Assembly (NCBI RefSeq): GCF_009914755.1
Contig: NC_060926.1
Reading direction: 5' to 3' (one strand)
DNA length: 64,000 bases
DNA from: the human T2T-CHM13v2.0 reference genome, Homo sapiens
Made by a program: the position numbers and the translations under genes. Numbering within the stretch: position 1 is the stretch's first letter; each line of letters opens with the position of its first letter. The notes beneath the pieces were generated by a model. The model saw nothing but the letters and a program-made list of their open reading frames with translations, was not told where the DNA came from and did not search any database. Shown one piece after another: positions 1 through 13,892 of the stretch.

Positions 1-363
1 CCACTGAAACTTCGACTCCAGAGAAAGTAACTTTTTTCTTCTATATGGATAAAAGCCTTCAGACCCAAAGGTATTTGTGGGTGCTAATCTGCCCCCATGG
101 GTCAAAAAACATTCTTTCATGGAAAATATCTATTGTGTGAACAACACTTGAGCTATTTTGGAAGTACATTATTATAATACACAGCTTTATAAAAGGCCTT
201 GCTGCTTTGTTTTTTTCCAATTTGAGCACAAAGTATGCTAAATCAAAGTATCTTTAAGGACCCCCTTTCACTACATCATTTATTGAAAAAAATTATGTGA
301 AGCAGGTTATAAAAACAATAATTACCCTATACTCTATAATAATAATACCCTATAATTCCCAAC

Positions 364-694
<331 letters not shown>

Positions 695-1158
695 AATTCC
701 CACCATACTCTTGCCTCCTGAAAGCATGGTTACTGTCAATGTCCTAATGGATAAGGGCAGCAGACAATTTGGAAGAAAGATTAGGCAGAAGGGGAGGCAG
801 AATTGATTAGGAGTGCGGGGTTGTGAGACCACCTTCAGGGAGTCTGAATTTTCCTCAAGGGTTAGTGCCTGGCCTGAAACCAAGGGGGGCGGTCAGAAAC
901 CAAGTCAGCCCAAAGATGCTGACTGCAGCTGTCTGGCAGGGCAGCAATGCATAGTTGCAACAGAAATCCTTAGGTAGCATCTAGGTACCTAGAACTTCAG
1001 ACTTTGGAAAATACCAAATCATTAAACCTTAGATTCCAGTCCTTGCCCTGATCTGCTTGTTTTTTGAGGTTACCTTAGAATCTGGATTCACTATAGCTGA
1101 CTCAGCCTAGTTCATCTTGTCAGTAATATTTAATCCCTGGACAGAAATAAATGAGAGA

Positions 1159-1310
1159 GGCCGGGCACGGTGGCTCACGCCTGTAATCTCAGCACTTTGG
1201 GAGGCCGAGGCAGGCAGATCACTTGAGGTCAGGAGTTCAAGACCAGCCTGACCAATATGGTGAAACTCCGTGTCTGCTAACAATACAAATTAATAAATAA
1301 ATAAACAAAA
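1159..1310 (+). mobile_element. Alu left monomer / truncated Alu
   Basis: GGCCGGGCACGGTGGCTCACGCC start, (TAAA)n tail, flanking AATGAGAGAG repeat. Confidence 0.85.
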
Positions 1311-1383
1311 TGAATGAGAGAGAAAACTGATGTGTTGAATGGGAGGGGAATTAGAGAGGGATGCTGGGGAAAGAAGAGGTCTA

Positions 1384-1384
<1 letters not shown>

Positions 1385-1423
<39 letters not shown>
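1385..1423. repeat. (CA)n microsatellite
   Basis: About 19 uninterrupted AC units. Confidence 0.95.
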
Positions 1424-1426
<3 letters not shown>

Positions 1427-1989
1427 AGATGATCAAACAGTTTCTTCGTTATCAATTTGAACTCTGTTTATTTATCACAAAAAAATTAAACAATAACCAG
1501 GAAGGCTCACCACAACTTCCTGCTGCAGCTGTGACAATGTTGTTGTAGTATATTTCATGATGTATCTGTGATTAATGGCCTTTTTCATTAAGGTTTTCCC
1601 ATTCAAAGTGACTTGGAATGCAAATGTGCATTTCAGCCAGGAGATTGTGGGGAAAATATTGTAGAAATGCCTGAGAAGTAGGGCAAATGTTCTGGCAGCT
1701 ACGGAACCAAGAACTCCTGACTTAACAAATAACTGTGTTTTACAAAGAGCCACAGGTGACCTTGCCACTCTCCTGATCCCCCTACTGAAGGTTTGTTTTC
1801 TTTCTGTCCCAGCTAAGTTAGTCTCTTTTTACTCTCTTGGTAGTCTCTTTCAGAGTTAACTACTTCCATTATAAGTGATGAAATGTATAAGGCTCCACTT
1901 CAGATGCTGGCATTGCTACGAGCATGGTCTTTCCCTTTACTGCAATTCAGAGTTAACACTTTTGATTCTTGGGGGTTTTTAAATTATAT

Positions 1990-2119
1990 ATATCTGTTTT
2001 TAGAGATGAGGTCTCACTATGTTGCCCAGGTTGGTCTCAAACTCCTAAGCTGAAGCAATCCTCCTGCCTCAGCCTGCCAAAGTGCCAGGATTACAGGCAT
2101 GAGCCAGCAGGTCCAGCCT
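1990..2119 (-). mobile_element. FLAM/AluJ monomer inside the TPT1 pseudogene 3'UTR
   Basis: Reverse Alu left arm flanked by TGATTCTTG repeat. Confidence 0.8.
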
Positions 2120-2539
2120 GATTCTTGCTTTTTATATTCCAGTCTCAGAAGTAGTTTCCACTGTAGAAGTTATCTGATGACAGTCTTATTCTTTCTAGTA
2201 GTGGCTTACAATCAGGCTTAGCTTCTCCAGGAACATTACAAGATGGACTTAGTTTAAATATGTTTTAAACTAAAAGGCATTCTCTCAAATGAGTTTAAAT
2301 GCATTTAATTTTTAGACAACCTACCTGACATATTTTTCTTAAAGACAATGTCTCCACTCCAAATAAATTATGGTCAAAATAAATGAAGAGCTCAAGATGA
2401 TATCAATCCCACTTGTGTGAAGTCCTGGTGTTAGGTGGATGACAAGCAGAAGCCAGTTATGACAACAGGTGAGAGATCCAAAGTAATTGCCAAATTTGTT
2501 AACATTTTTCCACTTCTAAACCAACCTTAAAAGCAATCA

Positions 2540-2889
2540 CTGGGCACGGTGGCTCACACCTATAATCCCAGCAGACAGGCCAAGGCAGACAGATCGCTTA
2601 AGCTCAGGAATTCGAGACCAGTCTGGGTAACACAGCAAAACCTCATCTCCACAAAAAATACAAAAATTAGTCGGGCTTGGTGGCATGTGCCTGTAGTTCC
2701 AGCTACTTGGGAGGCTGAGGAAAGAGGATCACTTGAGCCTGGAAGGTGGAGGTTGCAGTGAGCTGAGATTGCCACTGCATTCCAGCCTGGGTGGCAGAGG
2801 GAGACCCTGTCTCAAAAAAAATACATAAGTAGACTAAACAAAATAACAATTGAGTCAAAAGGTTTTGAAAAGTATAAAAAAAAAAAAAG
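2540..2889 (+). mobile_element. AluJ-type element inside the TPT1 pseudogene CDS
   Basis: Two arms, degenerate TSD AAAAGCAATCA / AAAGAAAATTA; the pseudogene resumes at ~2901. Confidence 0.85.
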
Positions 2890-3479
2890 AAAGAAAATTA
2901 TATCTGGGGTCACACTGTTACCAGTGGCAAATCCGAACGTGTTTGCAGCAACCTCAATTCTCGCCTTCTCAGAAGAAAGAATTTGATCAAGGAGGCCGAG
3001 GCAAGAGTTAGAGCAGGAGTGAAAGTCTATTAAAAAGCTTTAGAGCAGGAATGAAAGGAAGTAAAGTACACTTGGAAGAGGGCTAAGTGGGCAACTTGAG
3101 AGATCAACTGCACTGTTTGACCTTTGACTTGGGGTTTTATATGTTGGCATGCTTCTGGGGTCTTGCATCCCTTCTCCCTGGATTCTTCCCTTGGGTGGGC
3201 TGTCCGCATGCACGGTGGCCTGCTGGATCTTGGGAGGGGAGCATGTGTAGTGTGTTTACTGGACTTGTACGCATGCTCACTTGAGGCATTCTTCCCTTAC
3301 CAGCTGAATCTTCCTAGGTGGTTATATACCAGTTAAATTCCGCCATTTTGCCTCTTAGTGTGCAAGCTTGAACCCACTCACTCAATTCCTGAGATCTTAT
3401 TGGGAAGCTCCTTATCATCAGTTTCAGGTTTTTTTCTATCTATTGGGAGACTGCCTTTCCCTGGAGCTGGCTGCGACCA

Positions 3480-3521
<42 letters not shown>

Positions 3522-3691
3522 TTGAGACAGGGTCCCGCTCTGTCTCCCAGGTTGGAGTGTACTGGCGCAATCTAGGCTCACTGCAACTTCCGCCTCCTGG
3601 TTTCAAGTGATTCTCTTACCTTAGTTTAAATAACCACAGCTGGTTAATTTTTTTGTATTTTTAGTAGAGACAGGGTTTCACCTTGTAGGCT

Positions 3692-4108
3692 TTTCATGCG
3701 CGTCCGTGTGAAGAGACCACCAAAAAGGCTTTGTGTGAGCAACATGGCTGTTTATTTCACCTGGGTGCAGGAGGGCTGAGTCCAAAAAGAGAGTCAGCGA
3801 AGGGAAGGGAGATAAGGGTGGGGCCGTTTTATAGGATTTGGGTAGATAAAGGAAAACTACAGTCAAACGGGGTTGTTCTCTGGCGGGCAGAGTGGGGGTC
3901 ACAAGGTGCTCAGTAGGGGAGCTTTTGAGCCAGGATGAGCCAGGAGAAGGAATTTCACAAGACAATGTCATCAGTTAAGGCAGGAACAGGCCATTTTCAC
4001 TTCTTTTATGGTGGAATGTCATCAGTTAAGGCAGGAACTGGCCATCTGGATATGTACGTGGCGGTCACAGGGGATATGATGGCTTAGCTTGGGCTCAGAG
4101 GCCTGACA
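3692..4108 (-). repeat. HERV-H 3' LTR (LTR7)
   Basis: Minus strand TGTCAGGCCTCTGAGCCCAAGCTAAGCC...ACGCGCATGAAA; direct repeat of 9298-9709. Confidence 0.95.
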
Positions 4109-5450
4109 TTCCTGTCTTCTTATATTAATAAGAAAAATAAAACGAAATAGTGGTAAAGTGTTGGGATGGTGAAAATTTTGGGGGGTGGTATGGAGAGATA
4201 ATGGACGATGTTTCTCAGGGCTGCTTCAAGCGGGATTAGGGGCGGCGTGGGAACCTAGAGTGGGACAGATTAAGCTGAAGGAAGATTTTGTGGTAAGGGG
4301 TGATATCATGGGACTGTTAGAAGAAACATTTGTCATTTAGAATTATTGGTGATGGCCTGGATACGGTTTTGTATGAATTGAAAAACTAAATGGAATAAGA
4401 GAAGGAGAAAAACAGGTATTAAAGGTCTAAGAATTGGGAGGACCTAGGACATCTGATTAGAGTGCCTAAGGAGATTCAGCATAGTCCTGTCAGCAAAGAT
4501 TATTTATTTACTTCAAGAGTTAAGAGTGGCAGTCTAGGGATAGCACCAGGAGATATCAGCTGTGATGGCTTGGAGAAACAGTGTAAACTGGCAGTGTAAA
4601 CAAGAGCAGGGCATGTATGAGTAGTTGAGAACGGTGAATAGGAGTATGACTAGACAGAAGATAGTAGGGATGACAAGTTTTTTGGGGCACAGTCTAAGTT
4701 GGTCTGGTGTTTAGAATGAGACTGGGGCCTAATAAAAAGGAGCATCTATACAGGAGCTTAAATGGGCTGTACCTTGTAGCATTCCGAGGACAGGCCTGAA
4801 TTCTGAGAAGCGAAAGTGGTAAAAGTATTGTCCAGTCCTTTTTAAGTTGGTGGCTGAGCTTGATGAGGTGTGTTTTTAATAGACCATTAGTCTGTCACTG
4901 AATACTAAGAGCCTGAAAAAATGCTTGGCTGATTTGACCAATAAAGGCTGGTCTGTTATCAGACTGTATAGAGGTGGGAAGGCTAAACTGAGGAATTATA
5001 TCTGACAGAAGGGAAGAAATGACTGCGGTGGCCTTCTCAGACCCTGTAGGAAAGGCCTCTACTTATCTAGTGAAAGTGTCTACCTAGACTAAGAGGTATT
5101 TTAGTTATCCGACTTGGGGCATGTTGAGTAAAGCTAATTTGCCAGTCCTGGGTGGGGGCAAATCCTCGAGCTTGAAGTGTAGGGAAGGGAGGGGGCCTGA
5201 ATAATCCCTGAGGAATAGTAGAATAGCAGATGGAACACTGAGAAGTTATTTCCTTGAGGATAGATTTCCACGATGGAAAGGAAATGAGAGGTTCTGAGAG
5301 GCGGGCTAGTGGCTTGTACTATAGCATAGCCTGCCTTTGCTGGTGTGTGGCGATTAGGTCTGGTGGAACCGCCACCAATAAATCAAGCGTGATCAGGGTG
5401 AGGAACAGGAAAGAAGGAAATATGGGGAAATGGGGTGAATGTCAGATGGA

Positions 5451-6889
5451 TCAGAGAAAGACAGTCATGGGGGTCAGGTGTGGTATCAGGAATAATGTGG
5501 GAGGCTGAATTGAAGTCGGGCCAGGAACGATGGTAATTGTGGGAGACTCAACGAAGAGTGAGTACAGCTGAAGGAGCCGGGGAGCAGAAAGTATATGTGT
5601 CAGGTGTGAGGAAGAAAATAAATTTTGGAAATTATAAGAGCTGTAGAGAGTGAGTTGAGCATAGTTTGTGATTTTAAGGGCCTCTAAAAGTATTACGGCG
5701 GCAGCAGCCACGGCACAGAGACATAATGGCCAGCTTAAAACAGGAAGGTCAAGTTGTTTGGACAAAAAGGCTACAGGACGCGATCCTGGTCCTTGTGTAA
5801 GAATTCTGACTGCACAGCCCTGCACTTCAGCTGTGTGTAATGAAAAGGGTTGGGATGAGTCAGGGAGAGCTAGAGTGGGGGCAGTCTCTAAAGCTGTCTT
5901 CAAGGAATGGAAAGAGGAGTGGGGAAAGGATTTAGGATCTATGGGGTCAGCTAGGTTTCCTTTTGTGAGTTTATATAATGGTCTTGTTAGGATGGCAAAA
6001 CCAGGGATCCAAAGGTGAAAGTATCTAACCACGCCCAGGGAGGAAAGGAGTTATTGTTTTGTAGAAGGGGTTGGGGTTTGAGAGTTTAGTGGGACACGAT
6101 CGGCAGGGAGACCATGTGTGTTTTTATGAAGAATTATGCCGAGGTAGGTAACAAATGGAGAAGAAATTTGAGCTTTGGAGGGGGAACCCGATATCCTTTG
6201 GAGGATAAATGCTGAAGGAGCAGGAGGGTGTGTTGTTGAGAAGATTCAAAGGAGGGGCTACAAAGAAGAAGGTCATCAATATATTGAATAAGGTGAGAAG
6301 CGGAGGAGTGGAAAGAAAGTAAATCATGAGAAAGAGCTTGGCTGAAGTAATGAGGGCTGTCCCTGAAACCTTGTGGCAGCACAGCCCAGGTAAGCTGCTG
6401 GGACTGATGTGTGTCAGGGTCAGTCCAGGTGAAAGCAAAGAGAGGCTGGGATGAGAGGTGCAGGGGAATAGTGAAAAAAGCATCTTTAAGATCAAGAACG
6501 GAACAGTTAGTTGTGGAGGAAGGTATTGAGGACAAAAGAGTGTACGGGTTGGGCACTACAGGGTGGATAGGCAAAACAATTTGGTTGATAAGGTGCAGAT
6601 CCTGAACTAACTTGTAAGGCTTGTCTGGTTTTAGGACAGGTAAAATGGGGGAATTGTAAGGAGAGTTTATAGGTTTTAGAAGCCCATGCTATAGCAGGTG
6701 AGTGATAACAGGCTTCAAGCCTTTTAAATTGTGCTGTGGGATGGGATATTGGCGTTGAGTGGGGTAAGGGTGGTTAGGTTTTAATGGGATGGTAATGGGC
6801 ATGTGACCGGTTGCCAGGGAAGGAGTAGCGATGTCCCATACTTGTGGGTTAAGGTAGGGGGGTATGAGAGGAAGACGCAAAGGAGGCAT
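5451..6889 (-). pseudogene. Frameshifted HERV-H pol (reverse transcriptase and downstream connection region)
   Basis: ORF fragments with LDLKDAFF, LPQGFRDSP and YIDD reverse-transcriptase motifs, plus RPVAFLSKQLD; broken across frames. Confidence 0.9.
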
Positions 6890-9277
6890 TGGGTTGGGGA
6901 GAAGGGCAGCAATGAGATGCAGCTGTACTCCAGGAATAGTCAGGGGAGCAGATAATTTGGTTAAAATATCTCGACCTAATAAGGGAACTAGGCAGGTGGG
7001 GATAACTAAAAAGGAGTGCTTAAAAGAGTATTGTCTAAGTTGGCACTAGAGTTGGGGAGTTTTAAGAGGTTTAGAAGCCTAGCCCTCAATACACACAGCA
7101 GTTATGGAAGCAAGGGAAACAGGCCCTTGAAAATAAGGCAATTGTGGAGTGAGTAGCCTCCATATTGATTAAGAAGGGGATGGACTTACCCTCCGCTGTG
7201 AGAGTTACCTAGAGCATCTGTGATGGTCCTGTAGGCTTCTGAGGCTATTGGGCAGTGTCAGTCTTCAGCTGCTAAGCTGAGAAGATCTGGGAAGGAGTCA
7301 GTCAGAGAGCCTTGGGCCAGAGTTCTAGGGGCTCTGGAAGTGGCTGCCAGATGAGTTGAACAGTCCAGTTTTCAGTGGGGTCCTGCACAGATGGGACATG
7401 GCTTAGGAGGAATCCCGGGCTGTGGGCATTCCTTGGCCCAGGGGCCAGATTTCCGGCACTTGTAGCAAGCTCCTGGGGGAGGAGGTTCTGGAGGAACCCC
7501 TGGCAGCTGCGGTTCAGGCGTCTGGAGTTCTTGTGTGCTGGAGATGTGGCTGGGGTTTGTCTCACAGTGGAGGCAAAGAATTGCAACTCAGAAACATGTT
7601 GCTACTTGGCTGACTCTAGTGTATTATTGTACACCTTGAAGTTGAGGTTAATTAAGTCCTATTGTGGGGTTTGAGGGCTGGAATTTAATTTTTGGAGATT
7701 TATTTAACGTTGGGAGCAGATTGGGTAATAAAATGTATATTGAGAATAAGACGGGCTTTTGACCTTTTAGGGTCTAGGGCTGTAAAGTGTCTCAGGGTTG
7801 CTGCCAAATGAGCCATGAACTGGGCTGGGTTTTTCATATTTGGTGAAAGAGCCTAAATGCTCACTGATTTGGGAGAGGTCTGATAAAGAAAAAGAAGCAT
7901 TAACCTTGACTATGCCTTTAGCTTCAGCTACCTTTTTAAGAGGAAATTGCTGGGCAGGTGGGGGAGGGCTACTCACGGAATGAAACTGTAAACTGGACTG
8001 GGTGTGAGGAGGGGAGGTGATAAAAATATTACAGGGTGGAGGAGCAGAGGCTGAGGAAGAATTGGGACCTAGCTTGGCCTGGCGAAGAGCAGCCTGGGGA
8101 GGAGGCGGAGAGGACAGATGGGTCTGTAGAAAAGGAAGATTAGAAAGACTCAGCGACACTTGGGGTTGGTACTGAGGGGACAGGTAGGAGGGAAAGAAGG
8201 AAGATTTGGGACGAGTTGCATTGGGCACAGAGACTAGGGAGGGACCGATGTGTAAAAGAATGCCTGGACATCAGGCACCTCAGACCACTTACCTATTTTT
8301 TGACAAAAATTATTTAGGTCTTATAGGATGGAGAAATCGAAAATGCCGTTTTCTGGCCATTTACAACCACTGTCCGGTTTGTATTGGGGTCAAGCGGCAT
8401 TGTAGAAGAAAATAAGGCATTTAGGTTTTAGGTCAGGTGAGAGTTGAAGAGGTTTTATGTTCTTAAGAACACAGGCTAAGGGAGAAGGAGGAGGAATGGA
8501 GAGTGGAAGTTTGCCTATAGTGAAGGAGGCAAGTTTAAAGAAAAGGGAGAGTAGAGACATGGAGGGAAGCGGTTCAGGGGTTCTTACCCTCCAGAAAAGC
8601 AGGAAAGGGGTCGGGGCATGGAAATAAGGGATCAGGGCACAGAGATGTAAGAGGTTGGGGTGTGGAAATAAGGGATTGGGGTGCAGAGATACGAGGTTGG
8701 GTACTTGCCCCTCCCCCAGAAAAGCAGGACTTGCTGCTAAGGGTGAAGGAGAAGGGGTTGGGGGTTTCTTGCCCCCCAGAAATGTGGAGAAGGGGTAGAG
8801 ACACAGAGAGAAGGGGTTGGGGTACTCGCCCCTCCCCTAGAAAAGCGGGACTTGACGCTAGGGGTGAAGGACCATGGCAGGCATCCCTGCGTGGTCTGAT
8901 ACCTCTGAAACGTGGATGAATAATCAGAGAGGAGTCCCTGCAATGATTAAACACCAAGGGAAGGCTGCCTTCCCAGTCCGTGACCGGCGCTGGAGTTTTT
9001 GGGTCCATGGATAAAATGTGTCTCCTTTGTCTCTACCAGAAAATGAAAGGAATTGAAATTAAGAGAAGGGAGAGATTGAAGAGTGGAAAGGAGAAAGTGG
9101 TTGAGGGATAATGAGAGAGGTTGGAGAAGAGAGTAAGAAGAGGCCGCTTACCCGATTTAAAATTGGTGAGATGTTCCTTGGGCTGGTGGGTCTGAGGACC
9201 TGAGGTCGTAGGTGGATCTTTTTCACGGAGCAAAGAGCAGGAGGACAAGGGATTGATCTCTGAAGGGAGGTCCCCCG

Positions 9278-9295
9278 ATCCGAGTCACGGCACCA
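9278..9295 (-). promoter_or_regulatory. tRNA-His primer binding site of HERV-H
   Basis: Minus strand TGGTGCCGTGACTCGGAT, 2 nt inside the 5' LTR boundary. Confidence 0.93.
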
Positions 9296-9297
9296 AA

Positions 9298-9709
9298 TTT
9301 CACTTGTGTTGGTGTGAAGAGACCACCAAACAGGCTTTGTGTGAGCAACATGGCTGTTTATTTCACCTGGGTGCAGGCGGGCTGAGTCCAAAAAGAGAGT
9401 CAGCGAAGGGAGATAAGGGTGGTGCCGTTTTATAGGATTTGGGTAGATAAAGGAAAATTACAGTCAAAGGGGGTTGTTCTCTGGCAGGCAGAGTGGGGGT
9501 CACAACGTGCTCAGTAGGGGAGCTTTTGAGCCAGGATGAGCCAGGAGAAGGAATTTCACAAGACAATGTCATCAGTTAAGGCAGGAACAGGCCATTTTCA
9601 CTTCTTTTATGGTGGAATGTCATCAGTTAAGGCAGGAACCGGCCATCTGGATGTGTACATGCAGGTCACAGGGGATATGATGGCTTAGCTTGGGCTCAGA
9701 GGCCTGACA
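9298..9709 (-). promoter_or_regulatory. HERV-H 5' LTR (LTR7) promoter, directed leftwards
   Basis: Adjacent to the primer binding site; minus-strand TATAAAA at ~9428-9434; duplicated AATGTCATCAGTTAAGGCAGGAAC block. Confidence 0.9.
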
Positions 9710-10811
9710 AGGCTGGTCTCAAACTCCTGACCTCAGGTGATCTTCCTGCCTCGGCCTCCCAAAGTGCTGGAATTACAGCCATGAGCCACCACGCCTGGCC
9801 ATGACCAATTATTATCTTAGAGAGACAGTTAACAACCGCCTGACCATCACCTGATGGTTGCCTGACATTCCTGGTGGGGGTGGGTGGAGCCCTCTTCTTC
9901 CCTGCTCATGCCTAACTAGCTACCTCCTGTAGTAACACCAGTCTCATGGTAGTCCAATAGAGCAACCATGCCATCTAGGTTCAGGTTTTCACTAATAAAA
10001 ACTGGTATTGTTTTTGAAATTAGCAAGGGTGTGCTTGATTTGTTCTGCAGCCTCTGTCGTAACAGGTTTTAGTCTTTCCTGGTCTCTGTTCTTCAAGTTT
10101 GCCTTTGATTGATTGCATGTAATCTTGGATGTACTTCTTTATGCTTCCTTTGTAAAGCTGCTTTCTTTCAAGGGATGGTTCTTGACAATCTTAACACCAG
10201 TGATTACAGTGCTTTCTGTACATTTGCCCTTTGGGCCTTCAGTGGAGGCATTTCCACCAATGAGGGAGTCATCAATGCTACTCTCTGTCCTAGTGACCAT
10301 CTTCTCCTCCACCTCCAGGCACAGCCATCTCCTGGATCTTGTAAATGTTGCAGAACATCTCATCGTGGCTGATGAGGTCATGGTGAATAATCATAATTGC
10401 GGCTGAAGGGAGAGGCAGCGGGGCTAGCTTAGCAGGAGCCCTGAGCTTGAGCAGTGCAGTGCTGGGGGTGAGGGGAGCCAGTGGAAAAGCCCTAATAGGA
10501 GTTCTGAAAGGCATAACAATGACAGAAAACCCAGTTACTCATTTGAGAGAGTTTGTGGGTTCAGGAGTAGGAGAATGGAAATTGGGAATAACAGCTTGGA
10601 ATAGTGGACCTCAGAGAAAGTTTCCTGCAAAAATTGCTGAAGCCAGCAAGGGGTAAGAATTAAATAATACACCTTATATACTATCTTAAATTGTACTCGT
10701 TAGAGATTACTCGCAATTAATTATCATCATCCTGTTTTTAAAATGGCTGACTAAACCAATGAAAACTTTTTGTAAATTTCTTACATATGGCAACTTTTCC
10801 CTAACCTCCTT

Positions 10812-11035
10812 TCATGGTTCTCAAACTTTGGCATTCATAGAAATCACCTGGAGAGCTTGTAAAATTGGAAATTCCTGGAGTCCTGCCTTCAGAGTCTGAT
10901 TCAGTAGATGGAGCCCAAGAATCTGCATTTGAATATTCATTTGGGTGTTTCCAAATTAATTATCCATTGTGTGTTTTACCTATCACTGTTGAGTCTCATA
11001 TAGGTGACCCTTGGTTCACATTTTGAGAAACATTT
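10812..11035. mobile_element. MER5-type hAT-Charlie DNA transposon remnant, followed by a MIR (~11060-11190)
   Basis: GGTTCTCAAACTTTGG..AATCACCTGGAGAGCTTG..CTGATTCAGTAG..CCCAAGAATCTGCATTT..TTTGAGAAAC; MIR core GCCTCAGTTTCCTC. Confidence 0.65.
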
Positions 11036-11342
11036 TGTCTAGATGCACTGAGAAAATGATAGTTTGACCTCTGTTCTGCTACTTACTGGCTGACCCTGAG
11101 CAAGTCACTTTTATTCTCTGGGCCTCAGTTTCCTCTTGTGTAAAATGCAGTGGTAGATGATGGTAAGAATGAAATGAAAATACCTATAAAGGACCATATA
11201 CATAAATGTAAATTCCCTCAACTGTTATTCTAGTTAAATACTGAGGACTTACTAGATTGCTTCCCCAATAAGTTGTGTTCTAACACCAAACTGAATTATC
11301 CAAACTTTTGAAATGCAGTCTATTTGTATCCTTGCGTCTTGA

Positions 11343-11694
<352 letters not shown>

Positions 11695-11844
11695 CAATTT
11701 ACTTTCTAATGCTACAGACTGTCAGCGTAAATGTTAAGGTCATTAATTTTGCATAGAACTTAGTCTGTACACTGCTTTCCCATAACTCTAGTTTACATGG
11801 GATAATTCCCCTTATAAATCCTACACACTGTGACATAGGCCTAA

Positions 11845-12485
<641 letters not shown>

Positions 12486-12947
12486 TTTGCCTACCCACTT
12501 TGTATCTGAATAAACAACAAATCTGAATCTTCCATGAGCAATTCACATAATTATTGAAATAATAAATAGATTTACATTTGTTTTCAAAAAGTTGCCTGTG
12601 TAATTTGTACACATGGTCCTCAAATGCCAATGTAGAACGATGCATAGGTTCCCGTCTCTTTTTGGTAGTATATAAATGGTGTAGTATTAAGTTTCAAGTC
12701 TAACTTACCACACTGTGCCCATTGTGTGTGCCCATTGGCCAGGCCAGTCCCTGGCACACAGTGCACCCTCAAAAAAATATTTGTTGAATGAATGCATAGG
12801 TTTGGAATTTCAGTGGGAGTTGAATTTCTCTTAGAAGCTTATTCAGTTGTTTATGTGATACTCTATATTTTGTTACCTGTTGATTATTTTACTACCTTTG
12901 TTCAAAATGATTCCTGATCAGATGGCAAAGAAAATCAGTTCAGAAGA

Positions 12948-13892
<945 letters not shown>

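Larger units (their letters stand above)
3692..9709 (-). mobile_element. HERV-H provirus (~6.0 kb, deleted env-less form) with two LTR7
   Basis: 5' LTR 9298-9709, 3' LTR 3692-4108, 5-bp TSD AGGCT (3687-3691 and 9710-9714), tRNA-His primer binding site, polypurine tract at 4109-4125, degenerate gag/pro/pol. Confidence 0.96.
3481..9800 (-). mobile_element. Alu inside MER50, split by HERV-H (3481-3691 and 9710-9800), tail converted to (TTA)n
   Basis: The halves join into one reverse Alu across AGGCT; GACCAATTATTA TSD on both sides. Confidence 0.88.
2916..9937 (-). mobile_element. MER50-like solo LTR (ERV1/MER4 group), split into 2916-3480 and 9801-9937
   Basis: TG...CA ends. Minus strand reads ..GGAATGTCAGGCAACCATCAGGTGATGGTCAGGCGGTTGTTAACTGTCTCTCT.., then CAGCCAGCTCCAGGGAAAGGCAGTCTCCCAATAGATAG, matching the remembered MER50 consensus. 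Confidence 0.75.
1800..10489 (-). pseudogene. TPT1P2: TPT1 (TCTP) processed pseudogene, full length, interrupted by FLAM, Alu and the MER50/Alu/HERV-H nest
   Basis: Minus-strand [22 protein letters not shown] and [46 protein letters not shown] match TCTP with a frameshift. ATG at 10394, 5'TOP-like CTTTTCC at 10483-10489, C-terminal codons at 2901-2915 and 2502-2539, TAA at 2499-2501, 3'UTR-like sequence to ~1800, no introns. The number P2 is from memory of the locus. Confidence 0.9.

Noticed and set aside
5451-6574. Active reverse transcriptase gene
   Set aside because: pol is split over several frames with stops and deletions; gag is broken and env is missing
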